The notes beneath the pieces were generated by a model. It was not told the DNA's origin and did no database searches. It was given only the letters and a program-made list of their open reading frames with translations. Source: Bugula neritina (Eukaryota > Animalia > Bryozoa). From it: 64,000 nucleotides of DNA. This document shows positions 53,741 to 64,000 of this stretch, piece by piece; the first letter of the stretch is position 1; every line of letters begins with the position of its first letter. A program made the translations under genes and the position numbers. The stretch spans positions 28,751,673 to 28,815,672 of the forward strand of contig OZ037766.1 in assembly GCA_964035545.1 (NCBI GenBank), written 5' to 3'.

Positions 53741-55639
53741 GTGCAAATTTCTGCTTTGTATTTCTCCTCAAATAGCATAGCTGAACTACCTTATATGACA
53801 AACTTCACCATTACATTTAATAGTTATGATATGAATCACATCAATTTATGTGCTAGCACAATAATATTTACTCGCTGATAAAATAAGATTAATATATATT
53901 ACTTTATAAGAGGTTGTGCTTCCACCACTTACACCCTAATAAGAAGGGACAAAATTCCAACAAAGTAGATTAAATATTGTAAGTAACTATATTATATAGA
54001 GAGGTATGGCTTGGCAGTTAGCATGCGATATGCTGCTTTTTGCTTGAACTTGCTATTGGACAATTTGTTGATCATAGCTTTTGCATTTCTTCTGCTACCT
54101 ATACTAGCTAACGACCATAGAATTTTAGTGTATTATTTGGTGCTACCTGTAATAATTCTATCTGTATTATCAAATTTACTTATCATTTTACTGCAATTCT
54201 ATTGTATGTTCTATTGCTTATTATTGTTGCAAATTATACTTTGTTTTACTTACTATTGTACTTACTGTTGCATTTACTGTTATATTGGGCCACTACTGGT
54301 TAAGTTTTCACAGTTGTATAAACAATTTGATTATATTTTTGGTGGGCATTAATTAGAAGCCTCCATTACGGTATATTCATTATAAATACTTTGGTTTGTG
54401 TTATTCAATAAAAATCTTTTCTAACACGAGTTGAAGTTTCTTTATTGGCAGTCCAACACAGCGCCAAACAGCTGAAAGTCACAGTTTAGTTGCTGTTTGA
54501 ATGTCAGCTAACAAAAGGCATTTAGAGCAAAATAATATAGCAACATAAGGAAAGTCAGAGATCAATAATCCATTCTCACTCAGGTAGAGGCAAGCGTCTG
54601 TCAGGGTTGAAGAAGCATGGCATCTTCAGTGCTGGTGTCTTGCATATCTGGTCATAAGTCTTTTGACATTGTTCTCTGAGTAGAAAGTCTGTTCAGCATG
54701 AAAGCTTTGCCTTCATTCAACATGGTAGTAAGAAAGTGTAGTGGACTGGTTGGGATTTATAATATATAGAAGTCCTAGACATCTTGCTTTAAGAAATATT
54801 TAAACTTTGAATATAAGGTCAACGTTTAACTAAAATAACTACTTTTTATTTAGGTTTTAATCAAAAGCTTGCATTTAATGCACCCTTGCATTGAACATTG
54901 AAGGCAACCGAGCTATTGCTTAGGTAAACTTAAAATTAACTGAAGTTTGTAGCGACTGCTTTAATATATATACAACTACTGCATAACTATATAAACATTG
55001 AAAAACAGCTGCATGAAGAATCAAATTGAATAATGTTTTTCTATTAATTCACCCAAACACTGTTTTAAAATGAAATATAGCTATACCATATATGAGCTAA
55101 TTTATTGCTACTGAATTATATGTGCACACATGATAAGCATAACTTTGCTATACCATAAATGAGAAGGAGTATAGAAAAGATTCAACTGTAGATTTTGCTT
55201 AAGCTGAATACATAGCTTATAAGAACTTTTATTGACTTTCTTAATTTTGACATGGAAAAGATTGAAAGACATCTAAGGCACGTCAACTCATTGTATGAAA
55301 ACATATAATATTAGCTAGACAAGATATTTTTTCAATTTCTCTTATTCCCTGTATTTACCTTTTGGGTTTATAACAGAAGCAACTTTCAAGCTGATGTATG
55401 TACATGTTTATAGCGCAAAACTTTAGATTTATTTAAACATTTACTACTATAATATTGCTATATACTAAATGCATGCATATATATGCAAGTATTTTCTGCC
55501 ATTAGCAATGCTAGTTGAGACTATTGGGGAGAGCTGTTAGCAAAGAGGTGGCAATGAAGTGCAGTATATTTCCATGATAGAGTATTTGAAAACTGGTTAA
55601 GTTAAACTATAATATATTATAGAGAAGTCCTATAGAAGT

Positions 55640-55825
55640 AAAGCATGCCTAAAATTAGTTTACATGAGTTAATATAAAAAGAATAAAATATTTCTATTAT
55701 TCTGATAATAAACTTGCACTCAGAACTGATGATTAAATCAGATAACATTGAATGTGACAACATACTAATGATCATTAAGTATTCTATGAGCTGATAAGAA
55801 CTATAGGAACTTCCTTCTTCAACTG
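55640..55825. repeat. Conserved intergenic element copy
   Basis: Same core. The upstream flank matches ~4645-4950 and the downstream flank matches the Y-type region 18745-18960. Confidence 0.85.
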
Positions 55826-56058
55826 AAATTGAGTGCTGAGTATAAGAAAGTCATATAAAAGTGTTCTCTACACTGGGACAATAAGTTATATTCTATGACA
55901 CAATTTTGAGTATATTGTACAGTTATTTATGGTACACAGTCTAGGGTTGAAAATGGAATCTAGGGCTAATTCTGATCATCTTAATCAAGAAGAAAGTTGC
56001 AAAAGTCAATAAAAATTATAGTTTGTAATAAAAGTAAACAATAACAATGTAGTGATAG

Positions 56059-59000
56059 TGTAGCGTCGCCACTAACTATAGATGAGTTGTACTGGTGTTG
56101 GTTTTCGTAACTTTATTTTTACGTATTCCAACTGCCGTAAGAAACTATAAAAGTAGGTTAATATATACAATTATAATAGGTTTTTAAAACAAAACAAACA
56201 AAAATTATTTATGACATTGTAAAATATTCAAACATATACGCGAATTTTAGATTAATCACCTCTTGCCTTCTTTTAGTGGCTAGCTAGGGTGAGTTTGACT
56301 CTAGGAAATGACATTGTAGGTCTACTAAAAATATTAAAGTTTATAATAAAAATGACAACAAATGATAACTGCCATAGACAAAGTTAATTAATTATCAGTT
56401 AAGACAAGTATTAGTGCATGTATCATATAAACAAAGATTGAACTTGTATTCAAAGTTGACTTGAATTAGTAGTTGCAGTGAATTACTGTTATGAGTAAAA
56501 GTAAAACTTTAAGCTACAAATTAGGATTCTATCCTGTGACAATCTGATCAATAACTAGAGAGCCTGTCTTAAGAAATTGTAATTTTATGAGAAATCTATT
56601 ATAAAGTAAACACATAGCCATGAATTTTATCATGCACCGACCACACTGGTATTTCAAACTTGTTAAACTTCTAAACATGTTAAATAAACCAAATATTTAT
56701 TATTAAGTTGAAATAGATAAACAATACTTAAGGAAAGCTTCAAGTCATACAAATACTGAAAAACAAAACTAACCTGTGCCTCTTGAAGTTAATTTCAATT
56801 CAAATTCATTTATATTTTGCTAATTATATCATTAAAGTGTATTGTTATTTATGCGATGGAACTTGCATTGCTAGCGGCTACTATTCTACTAACTGTAAGG
56901 TCAACGTCTGCACTGAAACATCCGGGCTGCCAAGACGTAAGGCTACAGCCAATGGGCGAGGGCGTGCTGTTATCTAATTAATGAATTGACAACTATTACA
57001 GTCGTTGCGTTGCGTATATAGGCAAGAATCACGTGACGTGATCATTTATTTGAGTAGAACGTTGCGCTAAGCGCAACGTTGAATGCTTAATAAACTGTTG
57101 GATATTCATTCTGTTATGCTGCTTTTACAACTTGAAATAATTACGCTCTAGAGTATATGTGATAACTTTACACTCCCCCCTTTGATTCGTCCTAGATTGG
57201 CGAATCAAAACCTAATAATGCGCCCTTTGAATTACTACTATAGAGTGACTTGGTCTCTCCAGGTAACTAAAGTTAGATTTCAGTTTCCCGTTCTTATCTA
57301 GATCGCCGTCAGTTAAGAGTAGGCTACCTTTTCGGACTTTCCGCCAACGTTTTCTTGGCGGGCGTAAACCAACACGGTGTTTGCAGCTTGTTTCCTCTAG
57401 CAGAATGTTAGATTTCTCGTTTGGGATTGCTTCAGGTTGGCCTTTACATAGTATAGTGTCATTTATAAAAGCTGTATACTCTTGCATGACTTTTGGCTGC
57501 TTTGACGATGTCTGTTTCAACAAGCGGAACCTTTTTTGTGGGATCAATTTAGTATTAGATATGTCAAGCTTCCGCTTCAAGGGTAAGAGCATAGTGTAGA
57601 TTCCATCTTCTCGTTTGACGCTGTCATGAGTGATATTCATTAATTTATTATCACTCTGGGAGAGAGTATTCTGTGTGGTGTCTTTAGTGTTCTCAGAATC
57701 TTGTTCGATAGAATGTATGATCATACAGGGTGGGGACTCGTTCTTAGATTTAAAGTGAGTTTGTTGAGTGTTACGTTTTAGGTTTCTCTTATTTACCTGA
57801 CCCACAATGTTCCAGTCAAGAGGTGTTTGTACAGACATGGTTTCCTCAACTACTGGTGAGATGTATTTGGGTAAATAACTCGGTTTTTCTTCATTACACA
57901 TAGCCTTGCGTGCCATTGGAGCATTGAAACTGTGCTTCCGCTTGCTATACTTTAGAGAATCACCATCATAGACCGTTGGTTCTGCTGTGAGAGTTTCAGT
58001 TGTTTTCATGGATTCAGTTATTGCATCGACGAGAGTTATTGTTTCTGGAGATGTCTTGAAGTGACTTGTTAACATATTTACGGGTGGTGAAGAAATTTCA
58101 GATGCTTGTTCGGCTGGTCTAGCCACTCCCACTGGTACTTCAGTTTGATTGGGCTTGAGAATTGTGTTCTCGTAAAGTAGTGTTTCATCGAATACAAAAT
58201 GTTGTTGGAGAGATGTCTGTTGTTTTGAGGGTGTCGGAAAGAGACTGTTCTCACTTTCCTGCTTCTTTGCTTCATTCTTGAGAAGTTTAGATTTCTGTCT
58301 CTCAGCTTCTATTTTCAGCATTAGCTTCCTTTGACTGACTTGTCGCTTCTTGGATGCAAGTTCTTGCTCTTGGATTTCTAGCTCTTCATTTCTCTTTTCA
58401 GCTTCTAGTTTAGCCTGTAACTCAATTATCTTAGCCTCAGCATTGGCAGCAGCTTGTCGCAGTCGCCTAGAGGATTTATCTGCTTTGTTTATAGAACTAA
58501 ATTTATTTGTTCCAAAATGAACATTATGGGTCTTGAAGTAAAGTTGTCTTTCCATTGTTTGTACGAGATAATCTTGATCGGCATGTAACCTATTCATGGT
58601 TATTTTCAATTCAGTATGACAGAGATACTAATTTTACTGTAAACAATAGAAAACACTGAATAAGTATCTAGTGAGGCTGCAACAAAAACCTGACTACAAT
58701 GCGAAGGGAAAAATCACAGGCACACAGTGTGATCTATGCACAAGGCAAATCCAAGGCTATGTGAATTGCAGAACTACAATGCACTGCGAGTGCTGTTTAC
58801 CTACTAGTTTGTTTAGTTATGGTGACATTGCAAGCTCCCTGTTAATTGATCAGTTTCCCACTTACAATAGGTATGAAAAGTAGCACATTAATTTATCAAA
58901 AATAAACAATATTCAGGGTGACTCGACTCAAATATTTTAAATCAGCTCATCAAATATTTTAATAATAGCTTAGGATAGTAAATTGCTTTTTCGTAAGAGC

Positions 59001-60358
59001 TCGGGCAAAACAATTAAAATGACCTTTTAACTAGATTCCTAATTTAAAAAAAACTGTCACTTGGGCTTTACATACAGTAAACTAGCCTTATTAGCTAAAT
59101 ACTGTATGATATATGGAGCAGGGGTACTCAGCTGCCTCTCTAAGGAGTTGATTGCTGAAACTTCCTGGTGGTTTACTAAGATTTCTCAGGACAGGCCTCT
59201 ATTGAATTCTTAGCTTTTGTCTCACAGATGGTTGAGTTTCTTACTGTAGCGTCGCCACTAACTATAGATGAGTTGTACTGGTGTTGGTTTTCGTAACTTT
59301 ATTTTTACGTATTCCAACTGCCGTAAGAAACTATAAAAGTAGGTTAATATATACAATTATAATAGGTTTTTAAAACAAAACAAACAAAAATTATTTATGA
59401 CATTGTAAAATATTCAAACATATACGCGAATTTTAGATTAATCACCTCTTGCCTTCTTTTAGTGGCTAGCTAGGGTGAGTTTGACTCTAGGAAATGACAT
59501 TGTAGGTCTACTAAAAATATTAAAGTTTATAATGAAAATGACAACAAATGATAACTGCCATAGACAAAGTTAATTAATTATCAGTTAAGACAAGTATTAG
59601 TGCATGTATCATATAAACAAAGATTGAACTTGTATTCAAAGTTGACTTGAATTAGTAGTTGCAGTGAATTACTGTTATGAGTAAAAGTAAAACTTTAAGC
59701 TACAAATTAGGATTCTATCCTGTGACAATCTGATCAATAACTAGAGAGCCTGTCTTAAGAAATTGTAATTTTATGAGAAATCTATTATAAAGTAAACACA
59801 TAGCCATGAATTTTATCATGCACCGACCACACTGGTATTTCAAACTTGTTAAACTTCTAAACATGTTAAATAAACCAAATATTTATTATTAAGTTGAAAT
59901 AGATAAACAATACTTAAGGAAAGCTTCAAGTCATACAAATACTGAAAAACAAAACTAACCTGTGCCTCTTGAAGTTAATTTCAATTCAAATTCATTTATA
60001 TTTTGCTAATTATATCATTAAAGTGTATTGTTATTTATGCGATGGAACTTGCATTGCTAGCGGCTACTATTCTACTAACTGTAAGGTCAACGTCTGCACT
60101 GAAACATCCGGGCTGCCAAGACGTAAGGCTACAGCCAATGGGCGAGGGCGTGCTGTTATCTAATTAATGAATTGACAACTATTACAGTCGTTGCGTTGCG
60201 TATATAGGCAAGAATCACGTGACGTGATCATTTATTTGAGTAGAACGTTGCGCTAAGCGCAACGTTGAATGCTTAATAAACTGTTGGATATTCATTCTGT
60301 TATGCTGCTTTTACAACTTGAAATAATTACGCTCTAGAGTATATGTGATAACTTTACA
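56059..60358 (-). mobile_element. Young non-autonomous BEL/Pao LTR retrotransposon (4.3 kb)
   Basis: 1114-bp LTRs 56059-57172 and 59245-60358 with only one difference noticed; TG..CA; GATAG 5-bp TSD; PPT AAAGGGGGGAG next to the 3' LTR; single internal ORF with BEL-like remnants. Confidence 0.92.
57212..58609 (-). CDS. Internally deleted BEL/Pao gag-pol derivative, open 465-codon frame without catalytic domains
   Basis: Coiled coil; EPTVYDGDSLKY..K.SF...EK.SYL.KY (BEL gag-like); QTPLDWNIVG; DGIYTMLLPLK..KRFRLLK..EYTAFI (pre-RT region); RKRWRKV and LDKNGK...LERP (integrase C-terminal remnants). Confidence 0.7.
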   Translation of the reverse strand: MKITMNRLHADQDYLVQTMERQLYFKTHNVHFGTNKFSSINKADKSSRRLRQAAANAEAKIIELQAKLEAEKRNEELEIQEQELASKKRQVSQRKLMLKIEAERQKSKLLKNEAKKQESENSLFPTPSKQQTSLQQHFVFDETLLYENTILKPNQTEVPVGVARPAEQASEISSPPVNMLTSHFKTSPETITLVDAITESMKTTETLTAEPTVYDGDSLKYSKRKHSFNAPMARKAMCNEEKPSYLPKYISPVVEETMSVQTPLDWNIVGQVNKRNLKRNTQQTHFKSKNESPPCMIIHSIEQDSENTKDTTQNTLSQSDNKLMNITHDSVKREDGIYTMLLPLKRKLDISNTKLIPQKRFRLLKQTSSKQPKVMQEYTAFINDTILCKGQPEAIPNEKSNILLEETSCKHRVGLRPPRKRWRKVRKGSLLLTDGDLDKNGKLKSNFSYLERPSHSIVVIQRAHY

Positions 60359-60769
60359 GATAGTAAACAATAACAATGTAGTGATAGTAAACAATAATAG
60401 TGTAGTGAAAGCAAACAATAACAACATAGTGATAATAAACAATAACAATATAGTGATAGTAAAAATATAACCTAATGTAGTGATAGTAAATAATGTGATA
60501 GTAACAATAAAGAATCATTTAGGCTCTTTGCTGGTAAAAATGTGAGAAGGGGGAAGCTTTCATATAGCCTATAAGCTGCCATAATTTTAATGACGTACTG
60601 CAATGCTGAAATATGATTTGGTATTTAAAGCTGAAAAAAAGAAAAAGGGGCATATAGCTTTGCAACATTATGAACCAGTACAAAACCAAATGCAATAAAA
60701 TGTATAGTATATAGCAATGTAACATTGAAAGTATTTGTATTTTATGAACAAACTGAATAGTGTTTGGAA

Positions 60770-60812
60770 AGATGTGACACGATCATTGGCTGCTTGTGAA
60801 TATAAAAATTGT
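60770..60812 (+). promoter_or_regulatory. Putative core promoter of copy 6
   Basis: GATGTGACACGATCATTGGCTGCTTGTGAATATAAAAA. Confidence 0.55.
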
Positions 60813-60960
60813 ATAAGTTCTGTTTCTAATCATAGTATGGCAGAGGTGAGTCAGAGGGCTTTACTAAACGAGGTTTCAAGAAGAAAGTGTTATTGACAGT
60901 TTTAATGTGTCCTTGTGACCTGAGTTTGTAAAAGCATATTATAGTTGAGAGAACACAAAG

Positions 60961-63900
60961 ATGCGTCTTTCAGTAGTAACTTTGGTCACACTCTGTTCTC
61001 TGATTGGATACTCAGCTGGTGTTGGAAGTTATGATTTAGAGGGTGTTAGAGAGTTGCTGGCAGAGCAAAGGGAAGAACTAAAAGAAGAACTAAAAGAAGA
61101 ACTAAAAGAAGAACTAAAAGAAGAACTAAAAGAAGAACTGACGGTTATTCTTAAACAACAGAATGAAACACATCAGCAACAATTGAAAGCTGTACAGCAC
61201 GAGTTGGAGATTCAACAGCAAAAAGCCGAGGTTCAACAGAAAACTATTGTAGAGCTGCAAACAACCGTTTACTCCTTACTCAAAGCTGTAAGTTTGAACT
61301 ATATATATAGTACCTAGTTGCCTTCTGCGATGGGTAAAATAATAATGAAATATACACGTATATATATGCAATCTCAAGTCTATAGTCACGTAGGCATTTT
61401 TATATAACAGGAATGTACCGCAGTTAATAAGAAGTGAAATTCCATGTTAAAAATCTATTACTGCATGTGTGGCTTTGCTGAAAGTTATTAAGTTTATAGA
61501 ATAATTTACCTAATAAATGTCTAATATATGATGGTATAAATTATTATTTAGTTTTTTAAATTGCTTTTAATTTTCTTCATTGTTTATGGTTGCTCATCTG
61601 GGTTGACATCATAAACTTTGAAACCCTTGCTTCAAGATGTTGCTATCCGTTGACATGTTTATACATAAAATGATTTACTTATTGATTAATTATAGTGCTG
61701 GTAGGTTACTCAGATCTATTAACTTGTATTTTAAGTTGCTCACTGGGGAGTTGCCTAAAGCAGAAAACTTTGAAGAAAAAGATAAGAAAGCTTTTCCCAG
61801 TTTGCTAGAACAGATCTGTATTTTTGGTGAGCAGCTTTATTGAATTATAAATGAAATTCCCGACTTCATTGAATGATGAGTATAATCTACTATTATAAAC
61901 TGAACTTTGGCAAAAGTAAATTATGCGGTTGAAATATCTTATAAGTCTAATATACCAAAAATAATATGTAATCATTGCTCACAAGTCACACATTGGTGCT
62001 CACACATTGAACTTTCTGAAAATATCATAAAGTTATGGTTTCTAAAACTACCATAGAAGTTACCAATCATCTAGTATAGTACCATTACTGCTTTCGCTAT
62101 ATCACTATTACCATGCACTACTACTGTCTGAACCATCACCAGTAACACGAGCAACAAACTAATGCACCACTACCACATCACTATAACCATGTACTATCGC
62201 TACTGCTCATGCTACTATAACAGCTATAACTATGTATTAGACAGCTACACATAAATTGTTCAAACATGGTCTAAATATTTGATCAGGTGTTCGAGGAATT
62301 AATGGGAAAGACGGAATAAATGGAAGAGATGGAAGAGATGGTGCAGCCGGTCTAAATGGCCGTGATGGTAAATAATAAAAACTATAAAATACTATTTTCT
62401 GCATATTATATTGCTAAATATAGTATATTATGTGCAAATACATATGTTATAGTTTGTGCAGTAATGATCAAAATGAAGTAATAAGTGTTTATTTTTTAAA
62501 AGCTATTTTACTAGATTCTATAAATATAAAAAATCTTTTTGTAAGTTGCATCAGTGGCAACATTTTGTTAATTTAATGTTTGCAATATGCATGTGCTATG
62601 CTTTGAATAAACGAAATAAATAAATTATACTGCTCTAAAAATCAGCTCCAACATAAACTCTTTGCAAAATATACATTAGTTTGGCATTTGAATTGATTCT
62701 GTTCTGCTACTGTAGTTTACAAGTATTTAAAACAGTTACAGTCACAGCTGTCAACATTACTTCAATTAAACAATAAAGTCGTGACGTTTTTCACAATAAA
62801 CAAGAACTTACCTCTTGTAAAACTAGTCTTATTTATAGGTGCTTTCCCAAAGTTTGAACTTTTCTTACAGGCAGAGATGGAGTACCAGGTTCTCCAGGTG
62901 CTCCTGGACTCAAAGGTGATAAAGGTTCATCAGGTCTAGCCGGACTTAGAGGAGAGAAAGGAGTACAAGGATCTCAAGGGAGACCTGGCATTGATGGGGA
63001 AAAGGGAGAACCTGGTGCTAATGGATTGGAAGGTGCTGTTGGAGCAAAAGGTACTAAAGGGGAAAGAGGAGATTTGGGTTCCAGGTCCAACTGTATAGTA
63101 GCCAGTTGGATATACTTGCCTATTAGAATTACTCTAACTGTACACATGCTAATTAGGTGTACATGCTCTGATAAATCTCCAAAGCATATTACACTGGCCT
63201 GCAATGCCTAATTTCAGGTCAAAGTTGCTTACCTTTTATATATAAATATGTTTGATAATGCAGGGTAGGAGCTTACAGGTTATTAGAGGTATTCATGTTT
63301 CTTATATCAACAGCTGTCAATTGCTAACTATATCCATAGTTAGATTTAATAAAAAGTACTAAAGTTACCACAAAGTTACCATTAATTATAAAATAAATTC
63401 CAGCAGTATTGACAATAAATACAGTAGGTACAGCATAAAAAGCCTGTTTAGGTTGCCCGATTTGTTGTCAACTTATTATTCTTATTTTATCTCATTAGGT
63501 TATTTATGGATAATGTCAGAAGCTTATTTAAATTGAATTGTTGTTATCACTGGAATTATGATCCCTGTCACTTTATCATAACTCTTTCGTAATAAAGGGT
63601 CTCAAGGAGTGAAAGGAGAAAAAGGAAACATTGGTAACACAGGAGCAACTGGTCTAAGAGGAGCAACTGGTGCTCGTGGAGTGCCAGGAACTAACTTTGA
63701 AGGAGGTGCTGTGTACACCAGATGGGGGAGGACTAATTGCAGTGCTGGTTCAACTAAACTTTACAAAGGTGTGCTAGTTATTAAATCATTTAACTTTAGA
63801 TAACAAAGTATATTTTAACAAATCTATAGTTGCTTGGTAAAAAAGCACAGCTTCGCGCAGTTGATGCAGTTATTCATTATATTCAGTATATTAGAATATT

Positions 63901-64000
63901 AATCTATATTGTTATATCAAATCTATTTGCTATCACAGGCTTTGTTGGAGGATCACACTATACCCACACTGGAGGTGGAGTGAACTATCAGTGTATGCCA
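60961..64000 (+). CDS. Secreted short-chain collagen copy 6, truncated by the window end; exon 5 acceptor altered by a deletion
   Basis: Exons 60961-61287, 61736-61826, 62287-62367, 62871-63050, 63598-63768 (putative AAG acceptor), 63939->64000. 5x LKEE; 40 Gly-X-Y triplets if the new acceptor is used. Confidence 0.78.

Noticed and set aside
54011-54352. 113-aa hydrophobic ORF
   Set aside because: T-rich low-complexity sequence, non-ATG start, no splice or motif support.
56783-56977. Duplicated 64-aa ORF (also 59969-60163)
   Set aside because: Lies within the LTRs; duplication is explained by the LTRs and it has no ATG start.

Overview
AT-rich animal genomic DNA with GT-AG introns. The gene family and transposon complement suggest a marine invertebrate, but the taxon cannot be fixed from the sequence. 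The window is dominated by a head-to-tail (+ strand) tandem array of six 7-exon genes for secreted short-chain collagens: signal peptide, coiled coil, single Cys, uninterrupted Gly-X-Y stalk, then a Cys-rich C-terminal domain ([58 protein letters not shown]) of the spongin short-chain collagen / 'short-chain collagen C4' type. Copies 2, 4 and 5 are complete, copies 1 and 6 are cut by the window edges, and copy 3 is a 5'-deleted, frameshifted pseudogene. The copies differ modularly in coiled-coil VNTR, collagen length and clustered head-domain loop residues. They are mosaics of two 5' types and two 3' types that switch at a conserved ~170-bp intergenic element. Embedded mobile DNA: a 7.6-kb Gypsy LTR retrotransposon with an extra zinc-finger/coiled-coil ORF; a very young non-autonomous BEL/Pao element plus an inverted solo LTR; a 790-bp Penelope-like palindrome carrying two hammerhead ribozymes; a 106-bp tRNA-containing TG..CA element; a further solo LTR; Kolobok-like and hAT-like MITEs; and tRNA SINE remnants. 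A ~15.5-kb block between copies 5 and 6 holds a 4-coding-exon orphan gene and long simple repeats. All coordinates were read by eye and may be off by a few bases.
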